Assembly (NCBI GenBank): GCA_041695105.1
Contig: JBGFRN010000300.1
Location: 1-34,762 of the forward strand
Direction of reading: 5' to 3'
Length of the DNA stretch: 34,762 bases
Origin: Bacillota bacterium
GTDB lineage: Bacteria; Bacillota; Sulfobacillia; JAMDAP01; JAJYMS01
The position numbers and the translations under genes were made by a program. The notes beneath the pieces were generated by a model, which saw only the letters and a list, made by a program, of their open reading frames with translations, did not search any database and was not told where the DNA came from. Below, piece after piece: positions 7,817 to 16,700 of the stretch. Within the stretch, counting starts at the first letter, position 1. The number at the start of each line of letters is the position of its first letter.

Positions 7817-8836
7817 ATGAAGATAAAAATTTTGGCTCTCCTGATGGCTATGATTCTTGGTCTCGGATCGGTGACGGCCGCCGCGCCGGCCAAAGAGACC
7901 CTGGTTTTTGAAGTCATGGATGTACAGATCATGCCGGAGTATGACCTGGACTATCCTCAGGTTCTGGTTATTCTCCAGGGGGCCCTGATTAACAAAGGGA
8001 CCGAGCCCTGGACCGGCGAGATCACCTTTCGGGCTCCGAAGAACGCTGACATTCGCTCGGCCTGTGAGCTGAGCGCTGATCCGCTCAAGAACCCGAACGC
8101 CGTCCACACCAATATGGTGACCCTGGGCAGGGCCAAGATCACCGAGAAGGGCGATTACAAGGAGATCACTTATACCACCGACAAGGTGATCGAGCCCGGC
8201 AAGGCCTATCCCTACCATATGGAATGGTACTACCCCGCCATCACCGGCGGTCCTGACAAGAAGGTCAACTTCAACCTTCCGGTTCCGTTCGGGGCCGACA
8301 AGGTCACCGTAGAAGTTGTCATTCCGGCCCGCGCCTCAAACTTCAAATCCAACCTCCAGGCCGCCCAATCGGGCGACGGAGGGAACGGCACCAAGATCTA
8401 CCGTTACGAGCTTCCGGCCATGAAGGCCGATCAGCCCCTGGCCCTGGATTTCTCGTATACCAAGGCCGATAATAACAAAACGGTGGCCTCTTCCAGCATG
8501 TCCCGGCCCAATGCCAGCTCCGACCTCAGCCTGGCCGGCAATCAGACTGTCCTTTGGGTGGCCCTGGGCATGGTCATCTTGCTCGGATTCTTCATTTTCT
8601 ATGGCGGCTCATCCAAAAAGGCCAGCGTGAGCTCCAAGCCCAATAAGGTTCAGGCTAAGGCTCAGAAACCGGCCCCGCCGGCCCCGCCGGTACCGGCCAA
8701 GGGCAAGGCCAACGCCGCCAACCTGGCCCGGGTCGAAGAAGAAAAAAAGAAGGCCCGCAAGCTGCTTCTGGATGGCAAGATCAGCGAGGAAACCTACCGG
8801 GAGATTGTTCGCGATTTGGATAACGGGAACCGGTAA
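7817..8836 (+). CDS. secreted beta-rich ectodomain protein with C-terminal TM anchor and cytoplasmic SHOCT-like tail (module copy 1)
   Basis: Signal peptide MKIKILALLMAMILGLGSVTAAAPA. About 200-aa ectodomain, Ser-rich linker, TM (VLWVALGMVILLGFFIFYGG), Lys/Pro/Ala-rich stretch, and tail LLLDGKISEETYREIVRDLD (SHOCT-like). Distant paralog of 12271..13317. Confidence 0.6.
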   Translation: MKIKILALLMAMILGLGSVTAAAPAKETLVFEVMDVQIMPEYDLDYPQVLVILQGALINKGTEPWTGEITFRAPKNADIRSACELSADPLKNPNAVHTNMVTLGRAKITEKGDYKEITYTTDKVIEPGKAYPYHMEWYYPAITGGPDKKVNFNLPVPFGADKVTVEVVIPARASNFKSNLQAAQSGDGGNGTKIYRYELPAMKADQPLALDFSYTKADNNKTVASSSMSRPNASSDLSLAGNQTVLWVALGMVILLGFFIFYGGSSKKASVSSKPNKVQAKAQKPAPPAPPVPAKGKANAANLARVEEEKKKARKLLLDGKISEETYREIVRDLDNGNR

Positions 8837-8867
8837 ATATCTGGTCCCGTTAAAGGGGGAAAATCCG

Positions 8868-9287
8868 GTGAAAAAACAGACCAAGGTCTTTGTCGGGGTC
8901 GGGATTATTCTGGCAGCCATCGGCTTTCTGATGTTTTCCGCCTTCTCCGGCAATCAGATGTATTTCTTCACCGTTGACGAAGTATTGGCCAAGTCCAAGA
9001 CCCAGAACCTGACGGGCAAGCCGATCCGGATTCAGGGTGCCATCGTTCAAGAGTCGGTTGAATTCGACATTCGGAAGCCACTACTTAAGTTTAGGATCAA
9101 GGGCGAATCGGGCGAGACCGTTTTGGTTGAGTACGCCGGGGTTAGGCCCGATAACATGACCGAGGCCACTTCGGCCATCGTCGAGGGCAAGCTAAACACT
9201 CAGGGCACACTGATTGCCAGCAAGGTGATGATGCAGTGTCCCACTAAGTACGAAGCCGAAGACGGGAAGAAGGGATCAAGCCAATGA
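8868..9287 (+). CDS. ccmE: heme chaperone CcmE, Cys-type (CxxxY) variant
   Basis: GTG 8868 preceded by AAAGGGGGA. N-terminal TM, OB-fold-like body (IRIQGAIV...), C-terminal QCPTKYEAE where canonical CcmE has HxxxY. Stop overlaps the ccmF start. The track start at 8772 overlaps the upstream gene and is rejected. Confidence 0.8.
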   Translation: MKKQTKVFVGVGIILAAIGFLMFSAFSGNQMYFFTVDEVLAKSKTQNLTGKPIRIQGAIVQESVEFDIRKPLLKFRIKGESGETVLVEYAGVRPDNMTEATSAIVEGKLNTQGTLIASKVMMQCPTKYEAEDGKKGSSQ

Positions 9288-11254
9288 ACCAAGTCGGTTC
9301 TATATTGATGACGATTGGGTTTTTCATCAACCTCTGGACTATAGCCGCCTACATCTATGGGCTTCGCAATCAGAACCAGCGATATCTCGACAGCGCCAGG
9401 GGCGGGGTCGGAGCCATGGCCCTGCTGGTGACCGTCTGCATCTCCATCCTCTGGGTTCTCTTCATGACCGATAATTTCTCAAACAATTATGTCGCCGGCC
9501 ATTCTTCCAGCGACCTATCCCCGGGCTACAAGTTCTCGGCGCTCTGGGCCGGCAACGAAGGCTCGCTGATGCTGTGGGTCTGGGTGCTTTTGGTTTACAA
9601 CTGGATAGTCGTTTACTTCCCCGACCCAAAAGGGGAGGAAATGATCCCCTACGTCGGAGCCGTGATGTCGGCCGTCGCCCTATTCTTTATGTTTATCCTT
9701 AACTTTGTGAGCCTGCCCTTCGCCGAGCTCAGCCCGGCCCCGGCTGAGGGGATGGGCCTCAACCCGCTGCTCCAAGATCCCGGAATGATTATTCACCCGC
9801 CAACCCTCTACCTGGGCTACGTCGGGTTCACTGTACCGTTCGCCTTCGCGATAACCGCGCTGCTCACCCGCAAGGTCGGCGATACCTGGATCAAGCTGAC
9901 CCGGCGCTGGACGCTGACGGCCTGGCTTTTCCTATCGGTCGGCATTATTTTCGGCGCTCAGTGGGCCTACACCGTCTTGGGTTGGGGCGGCTACTGGGCC
10001 TGGGATCCGGTCGAGAACGCCTCACTGCTGCCCTGGTTGACTGGAACCGCCTTCTTGCACTCGGTCATGATCCAGGAACGCCGCGGGATGCTCAAGGTCT
10101 GGAACGTGATGCTGATCATCATTACCTTCCTGCTGACTGTCTTTGGGACCTTCCTCACTCGCTCCGGGGTCATCGCCTCGGTTCACGCCTTCTCTGACAC
10201 CAAGCTTGGCGCCTGGTTCATGATCTTTATGGGGATGACCCTGGCGGCTTCACTGTATCTGGCCTTCGACCGGATGCACCTGCTCAAGGAGGAAAACCAG
10301 TTCGAGGCGATTATCTCGAAGGAATCAAGCTTCTTGCTCAACAACTTGCTCTTCGTCGGCTCGGCCTTCGCCGTTTTCTGGGGGACGATCTTCCCCCTGA
10401 TCTCCGAGGCCGTTCGCGGGGTCAAGGTGACTGTCGGACCGCCTTTTTATAACCAGGTCAACGTGCCGATCGGCCTGGCGCTGATCCTTCTGATGGGGCT
10501 CTGCCCGCTCATCCCCTGGCGCAAGGCCACAGCCCGGCATTTGATGACCAACTTCCTTTATCCGGCTATCGCCGGCGTCGCGTTCGCAGTGATCGCCTTC
10601 GCCCTCGGGATGCGCAGCGTTGTCGCCTTGATCGGTTTCACCATCTGTGTTTTTGTAATTGCAACCATCGTCCTTGAGTTCTACCGGGGGGTCAACGCCC
10701 GGCGAAAGATGACCGATGAGCCAGTCCTGGAGGCTTTCTGGCACCTGGTGATGCGTAACCGCCGGCGCTTCGGGGGCTATCTGATCCACATGTCTATGGT
10801 CCTGATGGTAATCGGGTTCACCGGCGAGGGCGTCTATAAGCAGGAAAAGATCTATACGGTTACTCCTGGACAAGTAATGGCTATCGGCGACTATAACCTG
10901 AAGTACAACGGCTTGGCCGGGGATGTTCGGGGCCGGACCGAGATCGTCTACGCCGACCTCGAGGTCTCACAATACGGACGGCCCCTTCCTGGAGCCCTCC
11001 GTGCCAGCAAGGAGTTCCACCCGAACTCCGAACAGCCGACTACCGTGGTCGGCGTCAAGGGCGGCCTGAAAGAGGACCTTTTTGTTATCCTTAACGGCTG
11101 GGAAAAGGACATGACCGCCAACTTCAAGATCTACGTCAACCCACTGGTGGCTTGGATCTGGCTGGGCGAGTACCTGATGGTCGCCGCCACGATCTTTGCC
11201 ATCTGGCCGGAACGCCGCCGTCTCGGCTACGGAGTCTCCCTGACCGGCGACTGA
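9284..11254 (+). CDS. ccmF: cytochrome c heme lyase subunit CcmF
   Basis: 656 aa, polytopic. WWD-family motif WAYTVLGWGGYWAWDPVENASLLPWL. Confidence 0.9.
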   Translation: MNQVGSILMTIGFFINLWTIAAYIYGLRNQNQRYLDSARGGVGAMALLVTVCISILWVLFMTDNFSNNYVAGHSSSDLSPGYKFSALWAGNEGSLMLWVWVLLVYNWIVVYFPDPKGEEMIPYVGAVMSAVALFFMFILNFVSLPFAELSPAPAEGMGLNPLLQDPGMIIHPPTLYLGYVGFTVPFAFAITALLTRKVGDTWIKLTRRWTLTAWLFLSVGIIFGAQWAYTVLGWGGYWAWDPVENASLLPWLTGTAFLHSVMIQERRGMLKVWNVMLIIITFLLTVFGTFLTRSGVIASVHAFSDTKLGAWFMIFMGMTLAASLYLAFDRMHLLKEENQFEAIISKESSFLLNNLLFVGSAFAVFWGTIFPLISEAVRGVKVTVGPPFYNQVNVPIGLALILLMGLCPLIPWRKATARHLMTNFLYPAIAGVAFAVIAFALGMRSVVALIGFTICVFVIATIVLEFYRGVNARRKMTDEPVLEAFWHLVMRNRRRFGGYLIHMSMVLMVIGFTGEGVYKQEKIYTVTPGQVMAIGDYNLKYNGLAGDVRGRTEIVYADLEVSQYGRPLPGALRASKEFHPNSEQPTTVVGVKGGLKEDLFVILNGWEKDMTANFKIYVNPLVAWIWLGEYLMVAATIFAIWPERRRLGYGVSLTGD

Positions 11255-11284
11255 CGGTCTGGTCGAAAGAGAGGGCTATCTAAA

Positions 11285-11794
11285 ATGAGATTTACCGGAA
11301 GAATGCTACCGTTGCTTTTAATGGCGGCCGCCCTTTTGGCGTGGGCCCCGGCCGTGGCTTCGGCCCAGGTGATGAAGCCTCCGGTCGAGATCAACCGCCC
11401 GACCCGGGCGGTGGAGCAGCAGTTAATCTGCCAGTGCGGCTGCACTATGGTCGTAGACGTCTGTGACTGCGGCACGGCCGAGAACACCCGCAAGGACATC
11501 CTGGCCAAGATGAATTCGGGCATGTCGAATCAGCAGATTCTGGCCGCTTTTATGGCTCAGTACGGTGAAAAGGTCCTGGCCTATCCTGAGAAGAAGGGCT
11601 TTAACTGGGCGGCCTGGATTACCCCCTTCGCTGCCATTATCGCTGGTGCCACCCTTCTATATTTCATCTTGCGTAATTGGGTCCGATCCTCCCGGCGCTC
11701 CGAGGCCGCCGCCCCACAGGCGGGCCGCCTGAGCGAGGAGGAGGGCAAAATCTATGACAGCAAGCTTCAGGACGTGTTAAAGAAGCACTTCTAG
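11285..11794 (+). CDS. ccmH: cytochrome c biogenesis protein CcmH/NrfF family, atypical Cys pattern
   Basis: Signal peptide and a C-terminal TM. Family-like segment SNQQILAAFMAQYGEKVLAYPEKKGFNWAAWITPF. The redox motif region reads LICQCGCTMVVDVCDC instead of LRCxxC. Confidence 0.75.
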   Translation: MRFTGRMLPLLLMAAALLAWAPAVASAQVMKPPVEINRPTRAVEQQLICQCGCTMVVDVCDCGTAENTRKDILAKMNSGMSNQQILAAFMAQYGEKVLAYPEKKGFNWAAWITPFAAIIAGATLLYFILRNWVRSSRRSEAAAPQAGRLSEEEGKIYDSKLQDVLKKHF

Positions 11795-11803
11795 CGAGAG
11801 GTC

Positions 11804-12274
11804 GTGACCGTAGTGACCATAGCCGTTGTCATAATCGGCGTCTTTACCGGTTTGGCCGCCATCCTTCTGATTGGTCTCCCGCTGCTTCGGGCCCAAAGCG
11901 ATGAGATGCGGGAAGTCGAACTTGATGAGGTCGAGCTTGAAGAGATTGAGCGTGAGAAGGTTTTCGCCGCTCTCTCCGACATTGAGTACGACTATCGGAT
12001 GAATAAACTTTCTGAGGAGGACTACCAGGAACTAAAGGCCCGCCTGGCCAAGAAGGCGGTTGAGTTCATCAAAGAAGAAGAAGAGGCCGAGGCCACGACC
12101 GGGCCCAATCTTGAGGATGAGATCGAGGCCGAGGTGGCCGCCGAACTCGGCAAGCCCGATCCCGAACCTTCCGGCCCGGCCGCCAAAGCCGGCGGATACT
12201 GTCTTCACTGCGGGGCCAAACTGGCCAATAGCGATCAGCGTTTCTGTCAATCATGCGGGGGTAAGCTGGCATGA
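11804..12274 (+). CDS. N-terminally TM-anchored acidic coiled-coil protein with C-terminal zinc-ribbon
   Basis: GTG start after GAGAGG. TM (VVIIGVFTGLAAILLIGLPLL), E/D-rich helix, CLHCGAKLANSDQRFCQSCGGK. Stop overlaps the next start (ATGA at 12271). Confidence 0.55.
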   Translation: MTVVTIAVVIIGVFTGLAAILLIGLPLLRAQSDEMREVELDEVELEEIEREKVFAALSDIEYDYRMNKLSEEDYQELKARLAKKAVEFIKEEEEAEATTGPNLEDEIEAEVAAELGKPDPEPSGPAAKAGGYCLHCGAKLANSDQRFCQSCGGKLA

Positions 12275-13317
12275 TTAATAAATGGCTGGCCGGGCTGGTA
12301 GCCTTGTCGCTGGCCCTGTCTGTAGCCGGCAGCGCCCTGGCCGCCCAGGCGGCGACCGGGGTATCATCCGAATTTACCCACCTGTTGTTCGGAGTCAAAG
12401 ACGGGCAGCTCAAGGTCTTCCATCTGGTGAAGCTCAAAAACCAAGGGGCGTCTAGTTCCGGTCCAATCGAACTATCGCTTCCCAAGGGGTACCAAAACCC
12501 GGCCTTTTCGGGCGATGCCGGTGGGGCGATGGCCAAAGAGGTTCAGCTTGGATCGGAGGGCCTAAAGGATCCCCGGGGTCTGGAGCCGGGCGCGGCCAGG
12601 GACTATGTGCTGACCTACGACCTGCCGATGCCGCCGGATGGTCAGAGCCTGCGGGTCAACGTCAACTACCCGACCCAGATGATCCTGATTCTGGCTGACC
12701 AGGCCACGGTTCAGATGGTTCCCCTGCAAAACCGGGACTTCAGCTCTCAGGGTTCCGTCCAATACGGGCAAAAAACCTTTGAACAGTTTGCCCGGAACGA
12801 TGTTGCTCCCGGTACTACCCTGACCATGACCCTCGGACCGGCCACACCCGGGGGCGCACAGCCCGGCGGGGCCGGACAACCCGGCGGCGGGATGGCCCAC
12901 GAGCCTCCACCCGGAACCGTGACCAAAGGCACGATTGCCCTGCTCAACCAGGCCTTCCACGGCGGGGCTTCAAATATGATGATGTGGCAGCGCTTTACCG
13001 GCACCACCGGGCACGGTGGACTGGTCGGGAGCATCATCATTCTGGCCGGGCTGACCGTCCTGATCTTCGGCCTGGGCCGGACTTTCTATGTTCGCTGGCA
13101 GCTCAAGCAGGGGATCAACCCCGAGACCGGTGAACGGCCCGAGGAGACGTTCGAAAAGCTCCTCAAGGAAAAAAGCATTTATATTAAGAAAATCGCCGAC
13201 CTTGACCGTAAGGCCGAGGCCGGAGAGATCACCTCCGAAGAGCATCAGGAGCGCCGCTCGGCCTATAAGCGCCGTCTGGTCAAGGTTCTGGCCCGGCTGA
13301 AGGAGGTGGAGAATTGA
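12271..13317 (+). CDS. secreted beta-rich ectodomain protein with C-terminal TM anchor and SHOCT-like tail (module copy 2)
   Basis: Signal peptide (LVALSLALSVAGSALAAQA), ectodomain, Gly/Pro-rich linker, TM (LVGSIIILAGLTVLIFGLG), tail EAGEITSEEHQERRSAYKRRL. By eye it aligns with 7817..8836: LLFGVKDGQLKVFHLVKLKNQG vs LVFEVMDVQ..VLVILQGALINKG, and LEPGAARDYVLTYDLP vs IEPGKAYPYHMEWYYP. Its stop overlaps the ccmA start. Confidence 0.6.
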   Translation: MINKWLAGLVALSLALSVAGSALAAQAATGVSSEFTHLLFGVKDGQLKVFHLVKLKNQGASSSGPIELSLPKGYQNPAFSGDAGGAMAKEVQLGSEGLKDPRGLEPGAARDYVLTYDLPMPPDGQSLRVNVNYPTQMILILADQATVQMVPLQNRDFSSQGSVQYGQKTFEQFARNDVAPGTTLTMTLGPATPGGAQPGGAGQPGGGMAHEPPPGTVTKGTIALLNQAFHGGASNMMMWQRFTGTTGHGGLVGSIIILAGLTVLIFGLGRTFYVRWQLKQGINPETGERPEETFEKLLKEKSIYIKKIADLDRKAEAGEITSEEHQERRSAYKRRLVKVLARLKEVEN

Positions 13318-14015
13318 CTGTCCTTTTGGCCCGCGGCCTCGAAAAGAGAATCGGAACCAAATACGTCCTGTCGGGCTTCGATCTGGAGCTGCGGCAGGGG
13401 CGGTTCCTGACCATCTTCGGACCGAACGGGGCTGGCAAGTCCACCTTCCTCAGGGTGGCCGCCGGCCTCATTTCACCTTCGGCCGGCGAGCTGCAACTGA
13501 TGGGCCAAAGGCCAGCCGAGGGTGAGGGCGGCTATCGCAAGGGCTTGGGTTTTCTATCACACGGATCGTTTTTGTACGATAACCTGACGGCGGCAGAGAA
13601 CCTGGCTTTTTACGCCAAGATCTATGGAGTAAGAGATTCGGGGGCTATCATTCCCCGGCTGCTCAACGAGATCGGTCTAAGCCTTTTCGCCAACGATACC
13701 GTCCGGGGGTTTTCCCGGGGGATGATCCAGCGCTTGGCTATTGCCCGGGCGATTATCCACGACCCGGAGATCCTCTTTCTCGACGAGCCCTATACCGGCC
13801 TTGATCAGAGGGCGACCGCCATTTTGGACGGGGTACTCAGGCGTTTCAAACGCGCTGGAAAAACAGTGGTCATGGTCTCGCATAACTTTGCCGAGGGGCT
13901 GGCCCCGGCCGACGAGGTGGCGGTAATCGCCCGCGGGCGGGTGGTCGTTCACCGGGAAAAGGGGGAGCTCACCCCCGAGACCTGGAGCCGGGAATACCAC
14001 CGGGCGGTTGAGTAG
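13314..14015 (+). CDS. ccmA: heme exporter ABC ATPase CcmA
   Basis: Walker A GPNGAGKST, signature-like FSRGMIQRLAIARA, Walker B ILFLDEP. Followed by ccmB and ccmC. Confidence 0.85.
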   Translation: MTVLLARGLEKRIGTKYVLSGFDLELRQGRFLTIFGPNGAGKSTFLRVAAGLISPSAGELQLMGQRPAEGEGGYRKGLGFLSHGSFLYDNLTAAENLAFYAKIYGVRDSGAIIPRLLNEIGLSLFANDTVRGFSRGMIQRLAIARAIIHDPEILFLDEPYTGLDQRATAILDGVLRRFKRAGKTVVMVSHNFAEGLAPADEVAVIARGRVVVHREKGELTPETWSREYHRAVE

Positions 14016-14028
14016 CGGGGGTGTGTGA

Positions 14029-14721
14029 TTGGGCGACTACCTGCGCGTAGTGCTGGCCATAGCCGGAAAAGACCTGCGGGCCGAGAGACGGAGCAAGGAA
14101 ATGCTCTCGGCGATGCTGATTTTTTCCTTGCTGGTGGCGGTGATTTTTTCATTTGCCTTTAACATCGAATCGGGCATTTTGCGTGAAACCTTCCCAGGCG
14201 TGGTCTGGGTGGCCTTCTTCTTCGCCGGAACCCTTGGGCTGAACCGGTCTTTCGTTGGTGAGCGCATGAACGCCGCCATTCACGGCCTGATGCTGGCTCC
14301 GGTCGAGCGGAGCGCCATCTATTTCGGCAAGGTTCTGAGCAACCTGGCCATCATGTTTTTGACTCAGTTGGTTGGTTTGCCAATTTTTTTGATCTTCTTT
14401 GACGCCACGGTCGGCGGCTCATGGGCCTACCTGCTGCTCTCGCTGGTGGCATCCACCTTTGGATTCGTCGCCGTCGGCACCTTTTTGGCCGCTTTGTCGG
14501 CCAACACCAGGACCAGCGAGATCCTCCTTCCGATCATCCTCTTTCCGGTGGTGGTCCCAGTCGTCCTTGGCGCGGTTCAGACTACGGCCGGGGCGATGGC
14601 CGACCCGAACACCCTGGCCGACCCGACGGGGTACCTTAACTGGTTCAAAGTATTGCTGGTCTACGATCTTGTTTTTCTGATCGTTCCGTTCCTGCTCTTT
14701 GATTACGTCCTGGAGGTGTGA
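14029..14721 (+). CDS. ccmB: heme exporter membrane protein CcmB
   Basis: 230 aa, six hydrophobic segments. VVWVAFFFAGTLGLNRSFVGER resembles the conserved CcmB loop. Positioned between ccmA and ccmC. Confidence 0.85.
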   Translation: MGDYLRVVLAIAGKDLRAERRSKEMLSAMLIFSLLVAVIFSFAFNIESGILRETFPGVVWVAFFFAGTLGLNRSFVGERMNAAIHGLMLAPVERSAIYFGKVLSNLAIMFLTQLVGLPIFLIFFDATVGGSWAYLLLSLVASTFGFVAVGTFLAALSANTRTSEILLPIILFPVVVPVVLGAVQTTAGAMADPNTLADPTGYLNWFKVLLVYDLVFLIVPFLLFDYVLEV

Positions 14722-14722
14722 A

Positions 14723-15400
14723 ATGACCCCCGAACGCCACAGGGTATTGGGCTATACCACTTTCATCATGGTGACCCTGGGCCTGATCTGGGCCTTCCTG
14801 GTCTCGCCGACCGAAAAGGTGATGGGTGACGTCCAGCGGATCTTTTACTTTCACGTTGCCTCGGCCTGGAATGCCTTTCTGGCCTTCTTCGTCGTCTTCA
14901 TCGCCAGCATCCTTTACCTCAAAACGCGCGACAGGCGCTGGGATCTGTTGGGATACTGTTCGGCCGAGGTCGGGGTGCTCTTCACCACTATCGTCCTGCT
15001 CACCGGGCCGATCTGGGCCAAACCGATTTGGCTAACCTGGTGGACCTGGGATCCCCGGCTGACGACGACCCTGGTCCTTTGGTTCATCTACCTGGCTTAC
15101 CTGGTTATCCGCTCCACGGCCGAGGGCAGCGAGGCTCAGGCCCGCCTGGCGGCTATCTTCGGAATTATCGGCTTTTTGGATGTCCCCCTCGTCTTCGTTT
15201 CGGCCCGCTGGTGGCGCTCGATTCACCCGGTGCTGATCGACAAGGACAAGATGAACATGGAGCCGCCGATGGTGGTGGCCATGATCCTGGCCGTCTTGTC
15301 GTTCACCCTGCTCTATGCCTATTTAACCTCGGCCAGGATGCGCGTCGAGCGCTTGGCCCAGGAGGCCCAGGAACTTAAAGAAGCCCTCAGGTCGCGCTGA
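14723..15400 (+). CDS. ccmC: heme exporter/heme-handling protein CcmC
   Basis: WWD motif PIWLTWWTWDPRLTTTL. ATG 14723 lies 2 nt after the ccmB stop and follows GGAGG. The track start at 14699 overlaps ccmB. Confidence 0.9.
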   Translation: MTPERHRVLGYTTFIMVTLGLIWAFLVSPTEKVMGDVQRIFYFHVASAWNAFLAFFVVFIASILYLKTRDRRWDLLGYCSAEVGVLFTTIVLLTGPIWAKPIWLTWWTWDPRLTTTLVLWFIYLAYLVIRSTAEGSEAQARLAAIFGIIGFLDVPLVFVSARWWRSIHPVLIDKDKMNMEPPMVVAMILAVLSFTLLYAYLTSARMRVERLAQEAQELKEALRSR

Positions 15401-15437
15401 AGCGTGGCCGCAAGCATACAAGGGAGGCCGCATTGTT

Positions 15438-15581
15438 ATGAAAGAAGAGCTGATCTATCTCTTTGCCGGCTACATGGTCATCTGGACGGCCATCTTCGTC
15501 TACACCCTGACTTTGGGGGGGCGCCAGAAGCGGCTTGAGGCCGAAATCGACCTGCTTAAGCAGGCGGCCGGGCGCCGCTAG
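15438..15581 (+). CDS. ccmD: small CcmD-like membrane protein (47 aa; below the ORF-track cutoff)
   Basis: My translation: MKEELIYLFAGYMVIWTAIFVYTLTLGGRQKRLEAEIDLLKQAAGRR. One TM followed by a basic/coiled tail, AGGGAGG 8 nt upstream, positioned directly after ccmC as in ccm operons. Confidence 0.6.
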   Translation: MKEELIYLFAGYMVIWTAIFVYTLTLGGRQKRLEAEIDLLKQAAGRR

Positions 15582-15605
15582 GCCACCCGAAACCCAGAGG
15601 GCGGC

Positions 15606-16700
15606 TTGACGGTTAAAGAGCGCCAGCGAGACTTTTTGATCATTGCCCTGGCCTTCGCCCTGATTACGGCCGGGCATATCGTTCATGGCTACTACCGGGT
15701 TGAGTACCGAACCCTTTACCGCCTCCTGTACTTCATCCCGGTTATTTTTGCCGCCTTTCGCTTTGGGCTGAAGGGCGGCATCGTCGCCCCGCTGGTCGCC
15801 TCGGTTCTTTACTTGCCTGACATTGCCTTGTTCGTTGGGCGCATATCGGCCGATCAGATCCCGGACATCCTCGACGTCCTGTTATTTAACGTTATCGGCT
15901 GGATCACCGGGGTCATGGTTCACCTGGAATCACGCCGCAACCTGAGCTACCGGGCCCTGGTCCGGGAACTGGCCTTCAGGGCTTACGAAAAGCGCCAGCT
16001 TGAGGAACAGATCCATCGCTCCGAGCGCCTGGCCAGCCTGGGCCAACTGGTGGCCGGCATGGCCCATGAGATTAGAAACCCGCTCGGGATCGCCAACACC
16101 ACGGTCCAGGTGATGAAAAAGGAGTACCGGGACGACCAAAACCTGCAAGAGTACGCCACTGTCATCCTTGATGAACTCGACCGGATGAACCGGGTGCTGG
16201 GGCAGTTCCTGAACTTTGCGCGGCCGGCCGCGGGAGAAAGTAAGCCGGTCAAGATCCCGGAACTGATCGAAAGCGTTCGCTCCCTGACCTCCCGCTATCT
16301 GAAAGAACACGCCGTGACCTGCTTCGTCGACGTGCCCGGGGGGCTGCCGGAGATCACCGCCGACGCCGGGGCCCTGAAGCAGGCCCTGGTCAACCTGATC
16401 TTCAACAGCGTTGACGCCATGCCCTCGGGAGGGCGGCTGATGCTTTCGGCCGGCCTCAGCCAGAACCACTTGAAAATCACCGTCTCTGACACCGGCCTTG
16501 GCATTCGCCCCGAGGACCGGCCCAAGATTTTCGACCCTTTTTTTTCGACCAAGGAGACTGGATTTGGCCTGGGGCTGGCGGTTGTTCATCGAATCATTGA
16601 TGCCCACGGCGGCTACATCGAGGTTGATAGCGAGCCCGGAAGCGGTGCCTCGGTCAGCTTGAATCTTCCCCTGAAGGTTGGAGAGGAGGGCGGAGCTTGA
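15606..16700 (+). CDS. intramembrane-sensing histidine kinase (HisKA + HATPase_c)
   Basis: 3-4 N-terminal TMs with no periplasmic domain. H-box GMAHEIRNPL, N-box LVNLIFNSVDAM, G-boxes DTGLGI and GFGLGLAVV. The TTG start is uncertain. Confidence 0.85.
   Translation: MTVKERQRDFLIIALAFALITAGHIVHGYYRVEYRTLYRLLYFIPVIFAAFRFGLKGGIVAPLVASVLYLPDIALFVGRISADQIPDILDVLLFNVIGWITGVMVHLESRRNLSYRALVRELAFRAYEKRQLEEQIHRSERLASLGQLVAGMAHEIRNPLGIANTTVQVMKKEYRDDQNLQEYATVILDELDRMNRVLGQFLNFARPAAGESKPVKIPELIESVRSLTSRYLKEHAVTCFVDVPGGLPEITADAGALKQALVNLIFNSVDAMPSGGRLMLSAGLSQNHLKITVSDTGLGIRPEDRPKIFDPFFSTKETGFGLGLAVVHRIIDAHGGYIEVDSEPGSGASVSLNLPLKVGEEGGA

Noticed and set aside
8772-8867. N-terminal extensions proposed by the ORF track (ccmE from 8772; also tatA 1608, ccmC 14699, FtsA-like 31110, 6772, 33574)
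   Set aside because: Each extension overlaps the preceding gene or a repeat array and lacks an RBS. Internal starts with good Shine-Dalgarno spacing give family-typical N-termini.
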